DNA of 64,000 nt from positions 310,001-374,000 of the forward strand of contig OZ025691.1 of the NCBI GenBank assembly GCA_964019335.1. The letters are read 5' to 3'. This DNA is from Diplonema japonicum. Lineage: Eukaryota > Protista > Euglenozoa: Diplonemea. The position numbers and the translations under genes were made by a program. Shown in pieces: positions 55,694-64,000 of this stretch (position 1 is its first letter; each line of letters starts with the position of its first letter). Under the pieces are notes generated by a model. That model did no database searches, had not been told where the DNA came from, and saw nothing but the letters and a program-made list of their open reading frames with translations.

Positions 55694-55788
55694 ATTTCCC
55701 CAACCCCCCCCCCCCCCCCCCCCCCCTAGATATCCCCCTCCTTTTTTTTCGATGAAGACTGTCATCATCTCAGGGAGGGGAAAAAAAG

Positions 55789-58700
55789 ATGGAAGTCGGT
55801 GAAATTTGGAGCGAATGGCAGAAGAAAACGATTAGGGTGCATTATGTTGGGGTGCGGATGGGGAGCTGGGCGACGATAACAGACGCGTTGGGACATGCGT
55901 CGGACCATGATCGGGTGGAGGTCTCTGCTGGGACGTACAACGAAGCCTTGGTGATCAACAAGGAGCTGGAACTCGTCAGCGTGGAGGGCGAAACACCAGA
56001 CGTGGTCAACCGCGGAACATGCCTCACCATCATGGCTCCGAGCGCTTACATAAGCGGCTTCGACTTCACGCAAAACGACAAGATGAAGGAGGTCCCCGCG
56101 CTCAACGTCGCAGAAGGCTCACCGGTTCTTGTCAACTGCAAGTTTCCCTCCATGTTAATATGCCGCGGCCTACCCCACGTGCAGTCGTGCGAAATCACAA
56201 ATTCAGTATTAACATCTGGCATCCGTATCCGCGGCACCGCCGGTGGGACCTTCATTAAAAACACCATTCACGACCATGAGTTCTGGTGTGTTGATATAAA
56301 CTGCACCGGGGAGATAAAGTTCGAGAACAACACAATGTGCTGCTTGGAGACATCTTACCGAGCATCGAAGAAGGGACGCGGTGTCGTGCTGATCGGGTCT
56401 TCGATCTCCAAAGACACGAGCGTTGTGTTCCGCCAGAATAAAATCTCCGACCCGCCACCGAAAGAAAAGTCCGAGCACATGGAGCCCTCGCAAAAATCCC
56501 GCACTCGTGCGGCAGTTGTTCTACACAGCGACGCCATCAACGTGTGTTTCACAGACAACGATTTCACGTCGTGCGAAACAGGTGTCATTGTCAAGGGAAG
56601 CACACCTATCTTCCAGGATAACCTGTTTTCAAAGCAGCTTTACTACGGGATTCTTATCGAATCCGGCACACCCGTCATTGAGAATAACAGGTTTTCAGAA
56701 TGCCGTACAGCTGGTATCCTCGCTTCCTCTGAAGAATCCGAACCAGCAATACAGTCGAATCTCTTTATCGGGAACGCAATAGGCGGCCACGGGATAATCG
56801 TGGAGAACGGGGCAATACCGCTCTTCCACAAGAATACCCTTCAACGCTTACAAAAGGTCGCCATCAAGGTCGTTCAGTCCTCAGGGACCTTTACCGAAAA
56901 CGAGATCCACGATAATTTAGGACCTGCTGTGTTGGTGATGGGGTACTTATCGTGTCCGTTTTTTAAGGGAAACCAAATCCACCATGGAGAGATGCAGGGC
57001 ATTGTAGTGGTTCAAAACGCATCTGGTGTCTTCGTGGGAAACACGATTTACAGCATGTTGATAGGTATCGCTTTGGTGGGGTGCTCGAACCCTTTGTTCG
57101 AAAAGAACCACGTCTTCGATTCAAGGAAAGAAGGGATGCTTATCGCTGAAGGATCCCTCGGCATTGTTGAAGACAATAAAATCGAATTCTGCATCCTCGG
57201 CATCCTGGTGACAAGAGCATCATGCCCCACGGTGAAGAGGAATAAAATAACTTGTTGTATCGATCCAGCATTACAAATTTCAGAGGGTTCGACGGGGTCG
57301 TATTCTAACAATTATATCTATGAGAATAAATCTTTAGGCATACTTGTCGACTCTGCCTCAGACCCGCTGGTGACAGGGAATAAAATAGAATGTAACGATG
57401 GGTGTGGAGTTTACGTGTCGAACGCGTTGGGGTGTTTTGTCGACAATTATTTCGAGGCAAACCACATCAGTTTCAGGGTTTCCGACAATGCAGACCCAAC
57501 AGTTCGCAAGAACCTGTTTTCAAAGTGCGAGGCCCCGCAGAGCGTTGTGATAGAATCCGAGGCAAAAGGTTTTTTCGAGAAAAACAGCACGGAGCTCTGC
57601 TTCAACGGGGTGATCGTGAAGGGGAAGGGAACCGACCCGATGCTCGTGAAGTGCGATTTCAGGATGACGGACGAGGTCGGCATCACATTCATGGATAATG
57701 CAATGGGAACAGCTTCAGGGTGCCGTTTTAGAAATCTTGCAACGGGCTGCAAAATAGTTTCCGGGTCCACTCCGAACATTGTGTCATCATCCTTCGAGGG
57801 CGCTCGACACGGATTCATCGTGACAGGTCTCGACACATTCCCCACAATCTCCGAGAACCACATCACAAGCGCCGCGACCGCCGGTATCACGTGCTCCGAC
57901 CACTCGTCGGCTAGAATCTCTCGAAACATTATTGAATGTTGCGAGCTAGCCATCCACCTCTCCCAAACCACTAAGCAGGGCACGATCACACGAAACACAT
58001 TAAGCAACAATACAACAGGCGTTCTAGACACCGATCTGTCCGCGATGTCCTTCATCGACAACACCATTACCGGATCGTCAGAAGCTGCAGTTTCCATTAA
58101 AGGGGGTGGGTGTACTTACCTTGAAAACACAATCTGCGCCTCGTCTGTCGGGGTTGTGATATCAGGGAGAAGCGGTCCCGGTGTGTTTAGAAACAACACA
58201 ATCCAAGACAACATCTGGGGGATCAAAGCCTGCTGCGACCACGAACGGCAAGGCTTGATGCAGTTTATCGGAAACGATGTGATAGACAGCTCTCGAGCCA
58301 ACGTCGCCGTGGAAGTCCAAGGCCACCTCATCATGAGGCAAAACAACATCAAGAACGCCTCCTTGGGCGTGCTGTGCAGAACAGGAGGCTGCGGGTTATT
58401 TGAAGACAACACGATATCCAACCACTCCGTCGCGAACATCAGAGTTGTATCTGAAGCAAATCCTGTTTTCTTAAACAATTCAATCGAATACTCCAAGCTA
58501 GGTGTCGAAGTCACTGAAGGAGGACGCGGAGTTTTCGAGGCATGCCGTTTACGCGAAAATGACATTCACTTCTACGTCTTCAAAGGCGGCGATCCAACCG
58601 TTGTGGACTGCGACCTGACACGGAGTGAGGGCAACGGCCTCGTCGTCAGAAAAGGCGGCCTCGGAACGTACAAGAAAAACCGGCTTTCCCACAACAAAAA

Positions 58701-61700
58701 ATCAGGGTTGGAGATCGAACAAGGAAGCTCCCCCACGGTGGTGGGGAACGAGATATGCGACAATGAAGAGCACGGAGTTGTTTTTCGCGAGGAATCAGTG
58801 GGGCTGCTGGCAGAAAACAACATATCGGGCAACAAGAAGTCCGGTGTGCTCGTCAGCGTGGGAAGCAGGCCGCAGATCGAACGCAACACGATACAAAACA
58901 ACACATACGGACTGGAGGTAGATGAGGTTGGGTACTGCGATTGCGTGGGAAACACCTTCACGGAGAACAAGGAAATCGGCGTTGTCGTGCGTGCAAACTG
59001 CGACCCGATCATCGAAAACAACAAGTTCATAAAAGAGAAGGTAGGCATGTCTCTCCTCGCTCATAGCTCCGGAAGGATGTACAACAACACAATATCCGGC
59101 TGCCTCTGCGGTGTAGAGATCTCTGAAGACGCGGCACCATCTCTTCACGAGAACACCTTCGTCAGCAACACGTTTGGGATCCGCGGGCTCGACCAATGTA
59201 AGGGCTCCGTCACGAAAAACTCGTTTGAAGAGAACACTGTTGGTGCGGAGATTTGGGAAAACGGTGCTCCCACCTTCGAGGGGAACACGTTTTCATCATC
59301 CGGCGGTGAGGGAATCGTCATAAAAGGCGGTTTAGGCACATACAGTGCAAACCATTTCACTGCGATACAATGCGGCATCAGAGTTTCCCAGATAGAAGCG
59401 GAACCGGAGATACAAGCGAACACATTCCACGAAACGTATATCGGGGTGTGCGCAGAGGACGAGGCACGGCCGTTGGTCGAGAAAAATACGTTTCAGTCGA
59501 ACCACCATGCTGGGCTGCTCGTGCGGACGCAGGCAGCCCCGAACATCCAGAAAAACAACTTCTACAATGAGGTCAACGGGCTTCGAATTGAAGACGAAGG
59601 TGCGGGCTTTGCTGAGAACAACGTGTTTGAAAACAACCTTACAGGGTGCCTCATCACGTCGGAATGCACACAACCGTTTGTGCACAACAACAAGTTCGTA
59701 AAGAACAGGGTAGGGCTTGCATCGTCGAAGGGTTCTTGCGGGACGGTGACCTCAAACTACTTTTGCCAGAACGCAGAAGCCGGGATCTTGGTCACGACTG
59801 ACGCCAACGTGCAAGCATCGAAGAACACGTTTTCACACCATGCACTACCGGCCGTTGCGATTGACATTAGAGACCACGGGCGAGGACTCTTCCAAGGCAA
59901 CCTTGTCACTCAGAACGAGGTCGGTCTCCAGATTCAATCCGGTGGTGATTGCCTTGCAACTAATAATCTCTTCTCCGCACAGACGCACGCTGCCGTTGTC
60001 TCACTCTCTGGCGGAAAAGGTACCATCAAGCGTACTGCCTTCCGGGGCAACGCCCTCGATGTGGACGTCACGGACGGCGGGCTCACACTGTTCCGCGAGA
60101 ACGCCTTCAACGCCCCGCACAGCATCACCGTGCGCAACGAGGGTCTCGGCGTCTTCGTGAACAACAGCATCACCGGCCGTGTGGTGATCCACAACCATGG
60201 GAACCCGAAGATCATGGAGAACCACATTCAAGGAGCAGGCATTCTCGTCGAAAAGGGTGGGAGGGGCGAGATCATGAACAACGTGTTTGCGAGACTGCAC
60301 GACAAGACTGCCGCGGGGCTGGAGACACGGAGCGGAGGCGACCCGTACGTGTCAGGGAACACCTTTTGGCAATGCTCAAGGGGGGTCCTGTGCATGGAGG
60401 AAGGACGGGGAGTCTTTGTTGAGAACAAGATTGCGGCGGGCAAGGTAGGGTTTGAGGTCGGGCCTGATGGGAACCCCGTGGTAGACCCGGGGAACACCCT
60501 GGACTACCTCGATAAGGGAATCATAGTCACAGGTACGGGCGCAAGGGGGCAATTCACAGGAAGCTATGTAAGCGGGTGCACGGCAGGTGTTATTGTCGAG
60601 AAGGGCGCGCAGCCCGTATTCAAGGAGATGGATGTCTACGACTCGAGGATCGGTGTGCACCTCTTCGAAGCCGCAGGTCGCTTCGAGCAGTGCTCCATCT
60701 TCGACAACACACTGAACGGCATCGTCGCTGAAGCCGGCAGTGAGACCACGCTCAACGGGAACAAGATCTCATCTGCATTTGAAATAGGTGCTTTTGACAA
60801 GGTGGATGGTTCGAACTGCGTATTAGAAGATAACAAAATTAAGCATCAGTTCAGCCCAGCAAGCTCGAAACGCCCCGGCCGTGTAGAGCGTGGGGAAACC
60901 CGCCGCAAGGTGCCCATTGACGCCAGGAGAGCCATCGCCACGATGGATGGCTACCAAAAAGAACTGTGGGAGCAAGCGGACAAGATCATTAAGGAATCGA
61001 AAGAGTTGTTCAGAAAAAACAGATTGAACTCGGGGGACCTGTCCCCTGATGCGCCAGCTAGCCCAAGGGTGGAAAAACTCAGAGATACTAGCTCGAACAT
61101 CAACCTGCTTCTACAGGCAGCTGAAGAAAACGAGGAAACAGAAGACACGGCACCCGACCAAGAACAGGTTATTGGTACCCCAGTAGCGGTCCCAACGACC
61201 CCCATAGAAGTCACAAGAGCTCGATCCTCGACCCCCACAGAAATCACAACTGCAGTAAAATTGATTTCACCTCGAAGAGTAACAACTGACCATGCGACTT
61301 TGAAGCAAAAGCCGAGTGTTTTAAGATCCAAACAGTCTGCACCCAGCTGTGCTAGGCCCGCACGGAAAAAGTCAAGATCAGCTTCCAGGAAGCCAACCAC
61401 CTCAAAGCACAGCCTCTCTCCTACACAACAGAAGTCTACTGCAACTGCTCCGAAGAGCTTCAGATCGCAAGGGTCGAAGATTGTTAAGAAATCAGTTTCC
61501 GGGAGGCGCCCACTGGCTAAAACCAAGCTGTCTATCGCTACAACGCCACCGAGACATTCCGTTAGCGTTAAGGAAGAAAAAGAGTTTGTTGAACAACCCC
61601 CAACTCCTACAAAGCTCTTCTCCCCTACCGGGTTCTGCCCCGTGCAGCACCTGTCGCACGCCGAAGGGGATGTGGAGACTGCCCCTGAAGAGCCCTCCGT

Positions 61701-63015
61701 GCTGCGTGAAGTATCTGAAATCGTGTTCCCCTCCAGGCCTTCATCGCTAGAGTCGAGCATGCCGTCCCCTGTTTATTTCCCCGGTGCGCAGGAGGTGCTA
61801 GAACACGCAAGCAGCCGAACGAGCAGCTCAACGGATCAAACCTCAACCAAGGAACAATCCCTAAAACCACCATCCCCGCCACTTCTTCCTCCCCCCCGCG
61901 TGGTCAGCGCTGATACTTACTTCTTATACAAAGAGGATAGCAAGGTTATTCCCGAAATAATAGACAGCATCAGCCGTCACGATAAGAAACCTGTACTGAG
62001 ACGCACTGGGCCAAGGGAGAGCCTTGGCGTGGTGAAGGTTGGAAAAGAGTCTGCTAAGGAAGTGGTGAAAACGGAATCGGAGGATGAAGAGTCGCAAGGT
62101 GTTCGTGAGAAGGGGCGCAGCAGCACAGCCACGGTGTCCGGCTCTTCTCGGGAAAGCGAGCCGGAGCTGGAAGCGGAACCGGAGCCGGTGACGCCTCCAG
62201 CGGGTCCAGAACCTCCACCCATAGCTGATATCGCAGTCGCAGTGGCGTCTACGCCTCACTGTGTTGACACGGCGAGACCAGAACGTAGAGTGAGTATTGC
62301 GAATGAGGAGCCCACAGCAACGGATGTCTTTATATCCAGTCAGCCTTCTTCGCCCTTTGACACTCCGTATGAACATTTGTTGAAGGAGACGCCACGTGTG
62401 CCCTGTTCCCCTTGGTCAGCTGACATCTATTCTGGTAGGTCTTTTGCCCCGCAGCCGCCGATTGACGTTGTTCCGAAACAAATTGCGATCCCCACGGTCC
62501 CCCCGTTGCAGGCAGTGGTGGATGCGCAAAACCATCCGTTTCTTCGTCGTGATGAGCTGGCCGCACCTAAGCCGGTCCGGATAAAAGGAAGGAGGAGAAA
62601 TGTGTACAAGAAAACGCTGCTGGAGGTGCAAGGCAACATCCAGCCAAACGATACTGGGGACTGGGTGTGGAAGATTAACAAGGAAAAGGGATCAAATGTG
62701 AAGCCGCGAGTCTCCAGAGTCTGCGCCGTTGCCGAGACTTCCTTATGCCCACAGGTTGCCACTCTTGAAGAGGTTAGCCTCATTGCCAAGCTGCCTCCCG
62801 ACATGCTCCCCCGCATCAGCCCTTCGAGAGACGCGGTCTCCCGCAAATGGAAATCTTCTGAAGGCACTTTTACCTATTCACGACATACATCCCCCAGGGC
62901 TGCCCAGACGCAGATATGGGCTTTGCCAAGCATCTCTCCTGATTACCTCGCCCTCACAGCACCGCATATCTCCCCTGACACTGTCAGGGAGGTTTGTGCG
63001 ATGCGGATATGCTGA
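55789..63015 (+). CDS. Giant right-handed parallel beta-helix (PbH1/CASH/NosD-like) protein with a disordered Ser/Pro-rich C-terminus (2408 aa)
   Basis: TITDAL..A...D.V.V.AGTYNE.L.I.K.L.L cap, followed by dozens of ~23-aa GI.V....P....N.I repeats; intronless. Confidence 0.9.
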   Translation: MEVGEIWSEWQKKTIRVHYVGVRMGSWATITDALGHASDHDRVEVSAGTYNEALVINKELELVSVEGETPDVVNRGTCLTIMAPSAYISGFDFTQNDKMKEVPALNVAEGSPVLVNCKFPSMLICRGLPHVQSCEITNSVLTSGIRIRGTAGGTFIKNTIHDHEFWCVDINCTGEIKFENNTMCCLETSYRASKKGRGVVLIGSSISKDTSVVFRQNKISDPPPKEKSEHMEPSQKSRTRAAVVLHSDAINVCFTDNDFTSCETGVIVKGSTPIFQDNLFSKQLYYGILIESGTPVIENNRFSECRTAGILASSEESEPAIQSNLFIGNAIGGHGIIVENGAIPLFHKNTLQRLQKVAIKVVQSSGTFTENEIHDNLGPAVLVMGYLSCPFFKGNQIHHGEMQGIVVVQNASGVFVGNTIYSMLIGIALVGCSNPLFEKNHVFDSRKEGMLIAEGSLGIVEDNKIEFCILGILVTRASCPTVKRNKITCCIDPALQISEGSTGSYSNNYIYENKSLGILVDSASDPLVTGNKIECNDGCGVYVSNALGCFVDNYFEANHISFRVSDNADPTVRKNLFSKCEAPQSVVIESEAKGFFEKNSTELCFNGVIVKGKGTDPMLVKCDFRMTDEVGITFMDNAMGTASGCRFRNLATGCKIVSGSTPNIVSSSFEGARHGFIVTGLDTFPTISENHITSAATAGITCSDHSSARISRNIIECCELAIHLSQTTKQGTITRNTLSNNTTGVLDTDLSAMSFIDNTITGSSEAAVSIKGGGCTYLENTICASSVGVVISGRSGPGVFRNNTIQDNIWGIKACCDHERQGLMQFIGNDVIDSSRANVAVEVQGHLIMRQNNIKNASLGVLCRTGGCGLFEDNTISNHSVANIRVVSEANPVFLNNSIEYSKLGVEVTEGGRGVFEACRLRENDIHFYVFKGGDPTVVDCDLTRSEGNGLVVRKGGLGTYKKNRLSHNKKSGLEIEQGSSPTVVGNEICDNEEHGVVFREESVGLLAENNISGNKKSGVLVSVGSRPQIERNTIQNNTYGLEVDEVGYCDCVGNTFTENKEIGVVVRANCDPIIENNKFIKEKVGMSLLAHSSGRMYNNTISGCLCGVEISEDAAPSLHENTFVSNTFGIRGLDQCKGSVTKNSFEENTVGAEIWENGAPTFEGNTFSSSGGEGIVIKGGLGTYSANHFTAIQCGIRVSQIEAEPEIQANTFHETYIGVCAEDEARPLVEKNTFQSNHHAGLLVRTQAAPNIQKNNFYNEVNGLRIEDEGAGFAENNVFENNLTGCLITSECTQPFVHNNKFVKNRVGLASSKGSCGTVTSNYFCQNAEAGILVTTDANVQASKNTFSHHALPAVAIDIRDHGRGLFQGNLVTQNEVGLQIQSGGDCLATNNLFSAQTHAAVVSLSGGKGTIKRTAFRGNALDVDVTDGGLTLFRENAFNAPHSITVRNEGLGVFVNNSITGRVVIHNHGNPKIMENHIQGAGILVEKGGRGEIMNNVFARLHDKTAAGLETRSGGDPYVSGNTFWQCSRGVLCMEEGRGVFVENKIAAGKVGFEVGPDGNPVVDPGNTLDYLDKGIIVTGTGARGQFTGSYVSGCTAGVIVEKGAQPVFKEMDVYDSRIGVHLFEAAGRFEQCSIFDNTLNGIVAEAGSETTLNGNKISSAFEIGAFDKVDGSNCVLEDNKIKHQFSPASSKRPGRVERGETRRKVPIDARRAIATMDGYQKELWEQADKIIKESKELFRKNRLNSGDLSPDAPASPRVEKLRDTSSNINLLLQAAEENEETEDTAPDQEQVIGTPVAVPTTPIEVTRARSSTPTEITTAVKLISPRRVTTDHATLKQKPSVLRSKQSAPSCARPARKKSRSASRKPTTSKHSLSPTQQKSTATAPKSFRSQGSKIVKKSVSGRRPLAKTKLSIATTPPRHSVSVKEEKEFVEQPPTPTKLFSPTGFCPVQHLSHAEGDVETAPEEPSVLREVSEIVFPSRPSSLESSMPSPVYFPGAQEVLEHASSRTSSSTDQTSTKEQSLKPPSPPLLPPPRVVSADTYFLYKEDSKVIPEIIDSISRHDKKPVLRRTGPRESLGVVKVGKESAKEVVKTESEDEESQGVREKGRSSTATVSGSSRESEPELEAEPEPVTPPAGPEPPPIADIAVAVASTPHCVDTARPERRVSIANEEPTATDVFISSQPSSPFDTPYEHLLKETPRVPCSPWSADIYSGRSFAPQPPIDVVPKQIAIPTVPPLQAVVDAQNHPFLRRDELAAPKPVRIKGRRRNVYKKTLLEVQGNIQPNDTGDWVWKINKEKGSNVKPRVSRVCAVAETSLCPQVATLEEVSLIAKLPPDMLPRISPSRDAVSRKWKSSEGTFTYSRHTSPRAAQTQIWALPSISPDYLALTAPHISPDTVREVCAMRIC

Positions 63016-63177
63016 TCACCTTCCGGTGACCAGTGGACTTTCTGGGTTCTTTTCTTTGTTCTTCTTCTCTTCCTCTGTTGTTCCCATTTTTTTTTTTAAA
63101 CATACAGGAGACACGAGAGGGACAAGCTAGACGGAAAGTCTAGAAGGAGGCAAAAGGGAAAAAGGAAAGGACGTAAG

Positions 63178-64000
<823 letters not shown>

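Overview
Eukaryotic protist DNA with about 23 protein-coding genes, all on the + strand. Many intergenic gaps are only ~100-200 nt, and spacers are rich in A/T/G/C homopolymers. I count 24 GT-AG introns; all but two are 33-68 nt. The one-strand gene cluster, receptor-type class III cyclase, MLRR presequence and cis-introns suggest a euglenozoan, most likely a diplonemid (inference only). Recognisable genes: a DPP8/9-type peptidase, SEC23, RPL32, a PUF protein, a PBZ-like/bacterial-type PARG protein, an SLC35F-like transporter, two tandem membrane class-3 lipases with near-identical 3' halves, a CEP120-like coiled coil and a 2408-aa beta-helix protein. The only minus-strand coding relic is a degenerate Sola-like transposon with ~200-bp TIRs. 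The most notable non-coding signals are a candidate type III hammerhead ribozyme in a dispersed repeat (53578-53747, with a core-deleted sister copy at 36316-36435), tiny poly(A) introns with no pyrimidine tract, a foldback element that enlarges an intron to 781 nt, two adjacent MITEs and two short dispersed repeat families. Everything was read by eye; no searches or folding programs were run.
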